Below, piece after piece: positions 38,705 through 51,666 of a DNA stretch of 64,000 nt. Source of the stretch: Selaginella moellendorffii (Eukaryota > Plantae > Lycopodiophyta); contig NW_003314298.1 of the NCBI RefSeq assembly GCF_000143415.4, positions 124,001-188,000 on the forward strand, given 5' to 3'. The notes under the pieces were generated by a model. It did not search any database, was not told where the DNA came from, and saw only the letters and a program-made list of their open reading frames with translations. The position numbers and the translations under genes are program-made. How positions within the stretch are numbered: the first letter of the stretch is position 1; every line of letters starts with the position of its first letter.

Positions 38705-39666
38705 AAGAGGTATAATCAACGATAAAAGAAAGGCTAGAGGCGATCAAGAATTCGTGTTAAAACTCTCAACGTTTGAAGACACCACGCTCTTTCTTTTCGA
38801 TTGCAAAAGGGAACCAGTGACACAGTCAAGCTAAGATGATATGCTCAAACAACTCAAACAAGCAAAGTGCAAAACAACGGGCCAAGGAATTCTCAACGCG
38901 AAAGGAAACCACCGACGTGGACAACGCTGTGTGAATACTAACAAAACTAATGATCATTGGAAGTTGAGTTTCACGTTGCCAGGTTTGCGTGTGTTTCGAT
39001 TTGTTCTAATTTCTTGTCATGAAGAAGCCAAGTGACATGCTGGTGCTGTCAACGACGATAAGAAAAACGCCATGTCACAGCGTGTGCCAAGAAGAAAAAT
39101 GCTACTAGATTGGAGAGATTTTGTGTCAACGTTTTGGAGAGATTGTCAGCGCTTTGAGTTATATTCTTGCTGCGCTCAACGCAAAGACCTGGGAGCTGAG
39201 AAACAACATCATGATCCTTGACCGGCCCGGTCCACTCTCGCCACCTCGCAAGGTAAGTTCGTTTAGGGCTTTTCTTTGAAACAGGAAGACAAGAAAGCGA
39301 AGCTGCTTGCAACGAGTTAAAAGAGGTATGCTCTAGAATGATCAACGATAAAAGATAGGCTAGAGGCGATCAAGGATTTGTGTTGAAATACTCAACGTTT
39401 GAAAACACCAGCACTGCTCTTTCTTTTCTATTGCAGGGTAAAGAAGATGCTATGCTCAACTCAAAAAGGAGCCAGTGAAAGTTGATATGCTCAATCAAAC
39501 AACTCAAATGAGCTAAGTGCAAAACAACGGTTCAAGGAACTGTCAAGAATACAAACAAAACCAACGATTATTGAAAGTTGTTGTCAGGTTTGTGTGTGTT
39601 TCAAATTGTTCTAATTTCTTGTCATGAAAACACAAGTGACGTGGTGGTGGTGCTCGACCACGATAA
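38705..39666 (+). repeat. Diverged ~350-bp direct duplication (38705-39061 and 39321-39666)
   Basis: Colinear blocks aagaggtat, atcaacgataaaaga, aggctagaggcgatcaag, ctcaacgtttgaa, aagtgcaaaacaacgg, ttgttctaatttcttgtcatgaa and caagtgac occur in both copies. Confidence 0.85.
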
Positions 39667-39699
39667 AAACTGCAACATAGGATCGCTACCTCCATTCTT

Positions 39700-42600
39700 A
39701 AGGTATCTTTTCGGTTCCATAGCAAAGACTTTGCTTTACTAAGTTTAGAGGGTGTTCACCCTTAGTACATCTCTTTAGCATTTTTTACTGTGGGTTTTAT
39801 CCACGGCCCAACTTTGTGACCTTCCCATGGGTCTCTTATAGAGACTACTTTCTTTGGACTCACTATATCATCGCATTGACATAGTTCATTTCCTTTATGT
39901 GTTCTTCCCACTTGGTCACCTTGACCAAGCCATACTATCATCAATAGTTCAAATCAACACTTTGAATTAAGAACTTTATTCCTTAACCTCACAAGGACTT
40001 TGTCCTTGTTTTAGGCATAAGATCACATAGTGATCTAACCTTGGCACCTTAACAGTTTGGCTAATAGGTATTAGGTCTTCCAGACCTTTAAGTTGTTCAC
40101 CATGAACCTGGGGGCATCCCCCAACTTGGTGGTGCACCCAAGCTAACCCTTCTGGCCAAGGGTCCATAGCAACTGAGACTGGGTATCCCCATCTCATTCA
40201 CCACATCCTTGGTGCCACTTGCACCAAAGTGTTTAAGTTAGATATGTTGAGCTTTCACACTAAGCAATCTAACTGTGCATCATGACTTTGGGGCATCCCC
40301 CGCTTGGCAGTGTGCCCAAGCTAGTCTCCTTACTAAAAGTCCATAACCACCGAAAAATGAGTGTCCTTATATTCCAAACCATCACCTCGCCCTAGTGAGT
40401 TGGGACTTGAACCCAAGCACTAGAGGGTTGGGACTTGAACCCAACCTCTGTATATACATCTATGGATGGCATCACACAGGATGCATGGCGTGGTTCCCCA
40501 TGCTAGTGCACCAACTTATATTTAAAGCACGTTATAAATCACAACTTAAGAACCTAGTTCCTCCGCATTGCCAAGTCTTCTCACTTGACAAGTTTATGAT
40601 TATGCATGGACTCCTCCATGCTTGGCCCCATGGGCCACCCCTTTTGAAGTTGGCACCTTTAACTAGGGGATTTGTTCCCTTAACTTGCCAATCTCACTTA
40701 ACAAGTCATCTTACCAATGTAACATGGTTTCATGCATAAGCGTGAAAGTCCTTGACCATCGAGTTTCGTTCAAAGCCATCCTTTTGAATACTCGGGAACT
40801 ACTTCCCCAACCTTGATAGCATTGCCTTATGGCAAGCTTCAAGATCACGCTTTTGTTGCGCTATTCTGATTTCGCGCATTCTATGAACCATTTACACTTG
40901 GCTTTCTAGGTACTAAGCTACCTAGAATTGTCTTTGGGAACCTTGAAGAAACTCTATCCCTTAGCTTGCTAAAGCCTCTCATTTCGCAAGCTTTCTAATT
41001 GTTATATAGTCTAATATGGACAATTCTATGCTTTAAACTCTCTATAGCACCACAGTTGCTAGTAATAGCATGCTCGAGCACCCATTTGATTCTCCACTCT
41101 TAACTGACATAACCACTCTTGGTTATGCCCTTCAAATCCTATAGTTTGGTTCTATCCCTTTACTACTTGTTTTTTGCCTCACACATTTCCTTTGCTTATT
41201 CGCCTCCAAACTAAGAGGATAGTTTTGCACTTTCTACCATGCATTAGCAAGTATTCTTAGGGATGAACCTACCTGATAGCCTACGAAGTGGTTCCTCAAT
41301 CTAGGTATGTTCACCTTATAATCCCATACACCAGGATTAACATTGCTTCTTATAGGCTTTTATATGCCCATCATTAGCCTTGCCAAAATTTTATTTTTGG
41401 CTTTATTCAATTCGGGTAGACGGTGTTCTCTCGTTTCCGCAACCTTGGACGTTTGGATAGCACCTTCTATTTATCATTCTTAGTCCCATGGGCCTTATCT
41501 ATTGCCTTCACAACACCAAACACCACCTTTTGGTGTTCGGGTGTCCCAATGATGGCCTCTTTAATGATGAGCATTCCCTTTTACAACATACTTACTATAT
41601 CGCAACATAAGTAATTTATCCCCCATAAAGGTATATTTAACTTTTTTATGCCATTAAGAAGTTTTGGGTAGTTATCTTCTATCAATTTAACCAATTATTT
41701 TGCACCTTTTGCTTAATTGCCTCATAGTTGTCAAGTTTTACAACTCATTGTTAGTGCTTCCACACCTCCATCATTATCTGGGCCACCATACTTTAACTAT
41801 ATCCCATTCCCATTTCCATTAGGATTCCTTTGGGAAGGGGTTCTCGTGAACCGCCAACTTGACCTCAAGGCATCATGCCTTAGCACATTCGGTGTTTCCA
41901 CACCATTGGCTCCACGAGCCTACCTTTATAACACTTCTTACTTGTGTTTAGGTCCTTGCCAAGACCAATAAAATTCTTTCTCATACCAATTATCTGTTAG
42001 CACTGCACCATAGAGTTTACACACAACTTTATGTCAAAGTTATTTTCTTTTGGGAACACATTTCCCATGACTTTAGTATAGCACATTCTGCCATCAATGA
42101 GATACCTATTATTCTCATACTTGGATCTTATGATCCTCCCCATCCTCCGTGGGGCACCACACACCTCAGTCCAAATGTTTTTACCAATCCCTTAAGACCA
42201 TTCCTTAACTCTACTTGAGTCATCTAGCATTTTTTTACTTTACTAATTCAATGACTCATAAGGTCCTATTTTTTAGGTGCCAACTCGCTAGAATACAACT
42301 TCGTGTATTCATGTCCTACTCATAAGAACCATCTTTGCAAATGTTACTCCAACACTTGGTTGTTTTCCATTCTCTGTGGGCTACCTTTTACCCCTTAGGA
42401 CTATCCGTCCATATGATGAGAATACCCCCTCATCCTCTGAGCACACCTTGGGTTTGTTCTAGCATTTATAAAAGATAGCGCCGGCTACCATTTTAAGGAC
42501 TCGTGTCCTCATCCATATTTGACCTCTCACGATCATTAATTCCAGTCTCAAATTCATGAGCGCCAACCTCACTATATGAGGATAATCTTGTGACTCCTTT

Positions 42601-42945
42601 ATTGTTTTTGGAGTCCCTATCTTTCCCATGATCCCAACTATAGTTGTTTACCACAACTACATTAGCTAGTTTGCTAAGTCAAATACTCATCTGGATCACA
42701 TCCTCAACTCTCTAAAGAAAACCTTATACTATTCCTAAAATCCCAAAGTCGTTCCATTATTGGCCCTTTTCTATCCACCACCTCGCCTACAAGTTCACAC
42801 ATAAACTGTAGTGGAGAGCCATGTCTTCCCAACCTACTACTCCTCAAAGATAGGCCCACTCCAAGGACCTTCCAATGCCAACACTAGTAGTGATATACTT
42901 GAGCACTAATAAAAGTCGGACTAAGGAACAATTCTAATACCAAAT
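39700..42945 (-). mobile_element. Heavily decayed internal region of the LTR element whose 5' LTR is 42946-44524
   Basis: Lies directly downstream (minus strand) of an LTR plus PBS; purine-rich on the minus strand. No intact ORF and no recognisable 3' LTR; the lower boundary is a guess. Confidence 0.5.
42931..42942 (-). promoter_or_regulatory. Degenerate primer-binding site, tRNA-iMet type
   Basis: Minus strand reads ..GCTTACA (LTR end) ATT TGGTATTAGAAT versus canonical TGGTATCAGAGC; the three differences are transitions. Confidence 0.65.
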
Positions 42946-44524
42946 TGTAAGCGACTAAATTTTCCATTCTACTTTAGTCAATTATCCACACCTTTGATCA
43001 CTTGAAGGAGTCTCACTCACAACCTTCATAAGTCCTATTCCGGATTTGGGACTTGCTAGCCCCAAGAATGACATCCTTGCGACTCAACCTTTGCACTTGG
43101 TCCAAGTGCTCCACGTGTCCAGTCCCATGACCAACACCCCAAGGTACCATTAACATATCAGCCCATTACACTAAGGCCATACCCCTTCACCTTGGTCACA
43201 CCGGTGGCTAACACCATCTATATCACAGTCCCGTCTCTCAAAGACTAAACCATCCGTCCACAAGTGATTATCCTAGATCCACTCCTTAGCATCCTTAGAA
43301 TGCCTACAGACATTAGGAATAACCTTCCCCAATATCCCTTTTTCGGTCCCCACCAAGTCCCTTTCTGTCCATGGTTGTGTTTGCCAACACTACCTCTGGA
43401 TCAAGGCCCACAGGCCCGACCACTGAGTCTTACTGTCCTCTGGGACTTCCTCACCACATGGCTATATCCTTGGTCACTACACTCGAGGACTACTCCTCTT
43501 CCTTTCCACAGTCTGGGACTTTGGAACAATATTTCGGAACACCATGGCCCTACACAAGCCTTGTGGGTACTCTCCCTACCTTCTGCCTTTGGGTGCTCTA
43601 GCCATGGGCCTAAGTGAGGTTCCGTTGAGCCATGTTAGATATCCAAGTAGGTAGTGCCACCCATGCTTGGATTGGGAGCATTGACCATTCGATCTCCCGG
43701 GGGAACTAGAGTCGGCTCTTGAACACTTCACCAAGCTACCCCACTTGTCAGTCTATATTCACTCTAGCCTTGGACTTCCCAATGGTTATCCCATCACCTA
43801 ACAGCTGTGTACAACCTTCCTCGGCCAAACTGGCCTTTCCTAGCCAAACTGGCTCCATTGGGGTCCAACCCCCACACTCTCCCTACTATACTTTTGGAAC
43901 CCCCTACAGCCCGCCCCCCCCTGGGGGACGATTGCTTTGAGGTTTCACCCAATAGCCTGTATTAGTATTCGAACTCGAACTCGAACTCAGACTCAGACTC
44001 GGACTCGGACTCAATCTCAATCTCGGTCTCAGTCTCGGTTCCATCTCGAACTCCATCTTGGGTTCATCGGACTCCATCTCAGGTCCATCTCAGACTCCAT
44101 CTCATGCTCCATCTCGAACTCCATCTCGAACTCCATCTCAGACTCCATCTCGAGTCCATCTTGGACTCCATCTCGGGTGTATCTCGAACTCCATCTCAAG
44201 TCCATCTCGGACTCCATCTCAAGTCTATCTCAAACTCCATCTCGGGTCCATCTTGGGTCCATTTTGGACTCCGTCTCAAACTCCTTCTCGGACACTTCCA
44301 CGTGTCATATGTTGGTCCTCTTGTGTTTCTTTTTTAGAGACTCACTTATTGCTCACTTTGTGCTTGTTTCTCAAGCACATTGTTAAGAGTTCCACTTTTA
44401 CTCTTGACCTTTCAAGTTGGAGTTTTTAATCTAAACGTGTTATGCTCATTTGGCTTTCGCTTCAGCCACTACCACGTGACACCCTTTTGGCTCCATTTTG
44501 AGGCTTAAGGATTTGTGTCTCACA
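42946..44524 (-). mobile_element. LTR copy 1 (~1.58 kb), 5' LTR
   Basis: Minus strand TGTGAGACAC..GTCGCTTACA termini; colinear with 57441-59106 and 61736-63407; followed by the PBS. Confidence 0.88.
43968..44290 (-). repeat. Tandem arrays inside LTR copy 1
   Basis: Plus strand ACTCGA/ACTCAG/TCTCGG hexamers, then repeated (ac/gt)TCCATCTC(g/a) units of 11-12 bp. Confidence 0.9.
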
Positions 44525-44918
44525 ACCTTATTTCCACCAATGTGAGTGTATGGAATGGAATACAAAAAATGTGCATATCAATTAGCCTAAAAACCCTAGT
44601 TTATATACAAGAGTGAGCAGTCCAGATTCAAACCAATCCTACGGCTACCAAAATCCCACTACGCTAATATTAGTATATGGCATCATAGCTGTACACTTGG
44701 CTCTTACAATTTTAAGTTTGCTATCAATTTTAGAACTAGTATAAATTTTGGTGTGTAATGGATTTAGTTAATGTATGTAGTATTTTTATCATTGAAAAAA
44801 TTAGTAGGAGGTTATATAATCTATAGTTTTGTTGATGGATATGAAATCCTTTTTTAAATGAAGCTAATAATTAATAATATCTTCAAAAATTACTCAATAC
44901 TATTATACCTAATACTTA

Positions 44919-44923
<5 letters not shown>

Positions 44924-45003
<80 letters not shown>

Positions 45004-45015
45004 TGTATGTATATG
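44924..45015. repeat. Compound microsatellite (TA)n(TGTA)n
   Basis: Directly visible. Confidence 0.97.
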
Positions 45016-46084
45016 TTAAAAATAGATAAATTCAATAGAAGATATATTAACTTAATTAAAAAATAAAATTCAGTTTTTTAGATATATTAATGTGTCTAAA
45101 TAAATTAGCTTCTATGATACTTTGGACTTCCACAATAATAAAAATAAGCAAAATTTCATTCTATCTATAGCCACACATTTTATGTAATTTTTATTTAAAA
45201 TATTTTTTCATTCATTATTAAGTTTCTATACATATTTTTATATACATATTTATATAGAACTTTAACTCTAAATTGGGACGAAAGATTATAGATGCTTTCC
45301 AGGTGAGGTTGAAAGACGAAAGTTTCATCATATCTGTGAGAAAAACGTGAGCCCATCCACTGCGCACAGATCCGCATAGGCAACGCAATATCTCCTACAT
45401 CCAATGTCAAAACTGACCAATTTTTGGTGATCTGAAAACACAACCTATAGAGTGATATTCAAAAAGTTGCACCGCTGCCGAAAAATCTTAACGGAGATTG
45501 GCTCAAGGGCAAAGGCAGATTCGAGCTGTGGCATGCAAAACAGATGGGGAGTACCTCCATGATGAAAAGGCACACAAACTTGAGCAGATCTAGAAAGACT
45601 GTAGTCTGCAAACCATGAAAAGCCGAACCATGATTCATTCCATCGCCAGATCTCTTCAAAGCAGCCATCATCATCGAATAGCTCCTAATTGAGACAAGGA
45701 GGCTAGTGAGTCCCCAACTCCCACCTTGAAACTCAAGAGCAGCCACCTTCCTCCCAGCTCTCCAACCAAAACCCTGCCCTGCCCTGTGCCCTTGAACAAC
45801 AATATTGAAGCAGTCTCTCAAACAATCACTCTGCATCAGATTCACACAACACTATCAAAACTTTGAGTACTATGTGGTCCTAATGTCTTTTAAACTTGGG
45901 AATTTTTTTTGAACCAAGATAATCATTCCATTGCATCATAGCTTTAATTGCATGATATCTTGAATTTGCCACACACAGGTTTTTAGCTGTAAGATCTGGC
46001 TTATTAATACAATTAAAGAATAGTTAAAAGTTAAATATAAACTATGTGCATATTATATTTTTCTCCTTTCGTTCATTTGAGATT

Positions 46085-46920
46085 TTGGTTGAGTGTCATG
46101 ATGTGCCAAGTGCTGTGCATCCAGGGATATTGAGAATGTATATGTTGGTGAAGAAGCATTTTTTTTTGCTTGGGATGAAGTCAGATATTGAGAAGTACAT
46201 ACGCGTGGTTGTTTAACCTGCCAGGAGGTCAAAGTTGATCATCAAAAACTTGCTAGCCTCTATCATATTTTATATATACCTGAGAATAAGTGGGATAGCA
46301 TCTCGATAGACTTTATCACTGGTTTGCCCAAAATCTTTCGAAGAAATGATGTTATTTGGGTTGTTGTGGATCGTTTGATGAAGATGGCTCACTTCTTCCC
46401 TATGAAGACAATAATAAAAACTTCTAAACTTGCTTAGTTATTTGTAAACTAATTATTCAGTCTCTATGGTTTGCCGGATAACATTATGAGTGATCGGGAT
46501 CTCAAGTTCACGTCCAAGTTTTGGCAATAGTTTTTGAGAAGCTAAAAACTAAGTTGAGCATGAGTAGTGGTGAGCATCCACAATCTGATGGGCAGACAGA
46601 GCTTATGAATCAGCTATTAAAAGATATACTAAATTCTTTTATGGGAAATTTGACTCAATAGAGAGTATGGGAGAAATACTTATTTTTGCTTCAGTTTGTT
46701 CACAATAGCGTTCATCAATCAGCTATTGGCATATCTCCCTTTATAGAGATGTATGGCTATGAGCATAGGTCTCCTGTTAGTTTGAATTTAGCTTTGGTTC
46801 AAGTACTTTATGTTTGTGATTTCTTAGAAGATATACAAGACAAACTTGAGTTAGCAAAATTGAACATGAAACAAACTCAAGAGTGAGACAAAAGATTAGC
46901 TGATGAGCATTGTCATCATC
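46085..46920 (+). mobile_element. Decayed Ty3/gypsy integrase
   Basis: ECHDVPSAVHPG..CLTCQEVK (HHCC), KWDSISIDFITGLP, WVVVDRL.KMAHF, IMSDRD.KFTSKFW, HPQSDGQTE, NSVHQSAIGISPF; stops and frameshifts. Confidence 0.92.
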
Positions 46921-47356
46921 AATAACCATGATAACCTCAATGGACTCATGAGGACCAACTTTTCAAACTGTACATAAGGACTAGCTTTTTCAGACTGTAG
47001 CATCTCTGTTCTGACCACACACACGTTGAAGCCATGAGAGCCATTAAAAAAGCTATGAACAATGAATGAATAAGTTGAATTATCATATTTATATGAGTGT
47101 GTAGTGTCATTTTTATTTCACTTTTAAGGTTCACAAATTACACACTTTTAATTTCTATTCATATCTATAGTGCTTAAGGAAACTGTTTGAAGGCAGCTAG
47201 GAAAAGCTCTTTGCAATACATTGACTCACTAGAATGAACAAACCAAGCTTGGGGATCCGGGAAGCGCTACTTTGGAAGGATGCCATCGAGAATTTCCCTA
47301 ATCTCTCCCTTCTCTCTAATCTCGTGAGAGGCTAGCTTCGGTGTCGAGCGAAACTG

Positions 47357-47830
47357 ATGCTGTCCAAGTCCGAGTGTGTGGATCTCATCACTTCCGCAAC
47401 CAATTCCTCGCAGGTGATCGATGCCCATTCCCGGATCGAGATCGCCCAGAAGCAAATGCTGCCTGGCGATTGCTGCGACCTCTCCAATCTCGTCATCCTT
47501 CAGTATGGCAAGCTGGGCAAGATCCAGCGCACGCGAGCAGTGTTTGACTCCATGGAGCGACGCGATTGCCACTTGTGGGCATCTCGCCACTACCAAGGAT
47601 CGAGGCAAGTTTACTGCTGCATGGTGGATTGCTTGGGGCGAGCTGGGTGTATGGAAGAGGTCGAGGAATTTGTGAGGAGCATGCCTTACAAGCCAGTTTC
47701 AGTGGATTGGATGTGCCTGCTGGGAGCAAAGTCTAGAAATTGAGGACAAAGATCTCATGGTGTTGTGCTAGAACAAGCTTTAAGTGTAGATTCTAGGAAT
47801 TCTTTTGCCTATTTGCCTATGTTCTACTAG
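47357..47830 (+). pseudogene. Internally deleted PLS-E PPR pseudogene
   Basis: First repeat (NLVILQYGKLGKIQRTRAVFDSMERRD) joined directly to terminal motifs (YCCMVDCLGRAG..MPYKP..WMCLLGA), then a premature stop. Confidence 0.8.
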
Positions 47831-48022
47831 CAAATAGTAGCAATTTTGTTTGAAACTAGAGTGAGTGTAGATTCTGTGTCCTCGTGATTAAAGAGGGTAT
47901 TCCATCATGTATGATTAAAGAGAAAATTCTTTGCTCATTTCCAATGGTCGCTTGGTAAAGTACAAGAGCCAGCTTTTGAACTACATAAATTTAGGGTTCT
48001 TGGAGGTCAGTGGTGCCCATCC

Positions 48023-49300
48023 ATGGAGGAAGAGGGGCGAGCGGGAGGAGCGGTGGATTCTCCAGTGATGGCACAGGGCTGCGCGGAAATCTCCAGGGCA
48101 GGCGGCCATGGCAGGAGCTCAGCGGCTCGCTGGGCGACCTGGGCACATTCCTCTCGTCAATGGCATGGATCTTGGTACGTCTCTCATCGCCACGGGCATC
48201 TACAGCATTCTCACCAGCGTGCTCTTTGGCGTGCCGATGCCTGTCCAGCCCATGAAATCCATCGCGGCTGTGGCCTTCACCGAATCCAAGCATCTCAGTG
48301 TGGATGAGATCATGGCCGCGGGGATCACTGTGTCTGCGATCGTGTTTGTGCTTGGAATCACGGGCTTGATCACGGGTCGTGGCTTGGATCGTGCCATTGC
48401 CGGTGGTTCGTGGCATCCAGCTTGCGCATGGGCTCTCTTTCGCGGTCAAGGCTGTCAAGTACGTGATGAAGGATCAAAATCTCTCTAGGGACAAGGCAAT
48501 GGGTGATCGACCATGGCTGGGCTTGGATGGAATTCTCCTCGCAGTGGTTTGCTTCGCATTCATCGTGCTGGTGAATGGATCCGGCGAGGGCTACGAGTAC
48601 TTCACCGTGAAAAACATCAAGCGAGATTGTCAAAGCTCGTGAAGTTTTTCCAGAGGATCCCGACTGCCTTGGCAGTGTTCGTGCTCGGGATCCTCCTGGC
48701 GTTCGTGAGGAGGCCACACATTCTCAAGGAGCTCCAGTTTGGCCCGGCCACGCCACGGATCGCTCGAAGCTCTTCTCACGACTGGAAGACGGGGTTTGTG
48801 AGAGCCGCCATCCCGCAGCTCCCTCTCACCATCCTCAACTCGGTGGTGGCGGTTTGCAAGCTCTCGAGCGATCTCTTCCCAGCCAAGAAGGACGCCGTGA
48901 CTCCGACCAAAGTCTCGGGGGCTGCTGGTTTGGAGCTCTCCTGGTTTGCCATGGCGCTGGAGGACCTGGCCGGGCAGTATCGTTTCGGAGCCACGAGTGG
49001 GGTGGCGGTGGCAAGCTTGTGCTGGGGCTGGGGGGCTCACTGGTGAGAATTCTCCCAGCTTTTCCAGTGGGACTGCTGGGGATCTTGCTGCTCTTCTCCG
49101 GGGTGGAGCTGGCGATGGCGTGCCGGGATCAAACTAGTAGGAGGGACTTGTTTGTGATGCTCTGCTGCATTGCCATCTCGCAGGGATCCAATCTCGCAGT
49201 GGGATGTGTTTGTGCCATACTCTTGTATGTGCTGCTCCAGGCGAGAGAGATGGATTGTTGGGCGATTGCAAGCTCTTGGTCGCGAGGTTCCTCAATGTAA
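48023..49300 (+). pseudogene. MOT: Molybdate transporter (MOT1/MOT2 family) pseudogene
   Basis: ELSGSLGDLGTF, PMPVQPMKSIAAVA, PLPVVRGIQLAHGL, AAIPQLPLTILNSVVAVCKLSSDLFP, AGQYRFG, FPVGLLGILLLFSGVELA lie in order but across several broken ORFs in different frames. Confidence 0.9.
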
Positions 49301-50689
49301 ATAAAGCTTTGAAAAGTTTGGGAGAACACCATGGTAACACACTTGCCTGAAACCACGTCCATGCCATCTTCTTGAAAGCCTGCGAGGCCTGGCTACAACC
49401 ACCGTTAGCGGCATATGAAGCCAGGGATGTCATCCGCAACAAAGACGGTGCAGAGTAAATGGGGCTTCATCGAGGTATTCATGTCAAAATTGATCCGGGA
49501 CTACTTGAGGGGTTTGAAAAACTTAGTGTAAATTTAAAAACTATGTACTTTTCACTTAAGAGTTCCATTCCTCACCGTGCGGAGTGAGAGCAATTCGGCC
49601 CGGCCTAGCAAACGAGAGAGTGAAACATTGGAGGGATGTGCGCTTCTACATCCCAACCTTTGCCACGAGTCCCGCTTGGTCGTAGCACTTGGCTTGGCTC
49701 AGGCCTGTATAGCAGGTATAATCTTCCGCTATGCTCTTTGAACTTCGGGTAACGCTTCGTCGCATTGGACAATGGGCGGCACTCTAGGCACGCCAGTCAC
49801 CTGCAAGGGATCCGAGCGGCGAGTACCTCTGCCACATGGACCACCACAGACCTCCAAAACACTCTTGTTTCCACGGATCGCTATTCTGACGAAATAAACT
49901 TTAGACTTGCAGCAGAGGAAAGCAACCATCAGCTTCCGGCAAGAAGAACCTTGTCTGTCCCTGAGTACGTGATCCAGACTATGTAGTTTGCAAACATGCC
50001 CAACACTTCCCCAGCATTTCAACAATCACCTGATCCTCGAGGCGCAAACCCATCCACAACTCCAGCAGGCAGGGAAGCAGCTTGTGACAATAGGATGCAG
50101 CTGCTTCCTTCTTGTCACTGTACAAGTGCTCTATGTCTACCCAATATGCAAACTTAAGGTCAATCAGTATGAACTGATTTTCAGCCACGAGGACAATCAC
50201 AGGTGACCACGGTTTTTGTTAGAAAAACCATGTCTAAAAACCAGTTGCACGCTATGGACATGGTTTACAATGTTTTTTTGTGGGAGTTCCTACCCAGCAC
50301 TAAAATCTAAGTTCAAACCATTAATGGCTTTAAATATAAATTGTCTAAATTTATAAATTTGCTTTCTTCTTGCATGAAATTTTGAATGTCCTGTTTGGAA
50401 AAAGGAAAAAAACAGGATTTAAAACTTGGACCCAGATCATAACTTTCACTAAATTTCTTCTTTTGTACTTACCATCTCTCAATAAAGATATAAGAGCACA
50501 GCAGAGTGAGTGAAAAAGAGGGTGTTCTTATCTCTTAGAATTGAGATTGGGTATTGGACCTTTAGCTAAAGGTAAAGAAGAAGATAGTAAATAAAAGCAT
50601 GAAGGTTGTTTCCAATAACGTCAGGAGAATTAGGTCACAGGCGCGGGAGGCCGAGGAGGGAGAGGAAAGTGAGGAGCACCAAGACGAAG

Positions 50690-51666
50690 ACAAGGGCGCG
50701 TGACTTGCCCAAGGTGGACATCGCCGCAAAAGTGCGTGCTCTTGCTCACAAGCCCAACCTGGACAGCCTTGGGAACCCTGCGGAAGTGGGCCCTTGCTGG
50801 CCTGGTACCCAAGATGAGGAACTGGTTGCTGCAGTGTCCAACACGCTCCTCCCTCGTCATTACACCCTTTGGGCCCCATCTGCAGCCTCCGCGATGACTG
50901 GTGCTTCTGCGCGACGGTGTGCAACCCGGTCACTGGACTGCAGCGCATCCTCCCCACCATGCCGGTGCTCGAGGATGACACCGAGCAGGACTTTTCATAC
51001 CGACACGGCCAGACAAGGTTGCAAGTGCGCTGGTTCTGGGTCCACATCCTCCACACAAATGTTGGTGAGCGTGGCCGCCACCACCTTCACACCTTCGACT
51101 CAAGCACCAACACTTGGGAGGTGATGGCGTGGGTAGCGAGAGACGTGCCTCCCACGGGAGGCCACGCCAGTGAGTTTGTTTTCTGGGATGGCGGGCTCAA
51201 GGCCTATGACTAGAGCAGCGGCAAGTGGAGTGGGGTGGACATCTCTGAGCAAGGTAAACGAGCCTTGCCAGTGTTTCCAAAGCCGGAGGAGCTGGCCGGC
51301 TTCACTTACTGCCATGCGTTTCCTTTCCGCTCTGGGCTGAGGATCATGGTGGTCGCGCTATGCTGCATTGACAACACCGCACTTCCAAGCGGGCGGATGG
51401 ATGATTTGGGACTGGTGCTACTGGAGGTTAACCACGAGAGTGGGCTCTTGAAGGCGATAAGTGGTATGGTGGTGAAGCAGATTGATGGCATTCGTGGGAG
51501 CAATCCTGACTACCACCCGCAATGGGTTGTCGTGGGTGGCAACCTGCTTGTTTTCTTGGACGACTTTTACTTCTTACGGCCTGTGGCTTTCGACATGAGG
51601 CGTCGTGTGTGGCCGGAATTCCCAAGAAGCTATGGCTGCGTCCAACCATGTTGCCTTTCACAATAG
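50690..51666 (+). pseudogene. Decayed F-box/kelch-like gene
   Basis: VCNPVTGLQRILPTMP, TFDSSTNTWE, AYD*SSGKW and VAFDMRRRVW.EFP are typical propeller motifs of plant F-box proteins; weak F-box-like start DLPKVDI; in-frame stop at ~51211. Confidence 0.6.

Noticed and set aside
40395-40520. tRNA gene
   Set aside because: Only T-arm-like hairpins; no D arm, anticodon arm or acceptor stem could be built.
44541-44708. Small TGTGAG..CTTACA-bounded segment as a separate solo LTR
   Set aside because: No target-site duplication and no second copy in the window.
49340-50210. Possible small PPR piece (SLASYAANG..AFKKM) and other minus-strand fragments
   Set aside because: Too short and broken to assign.
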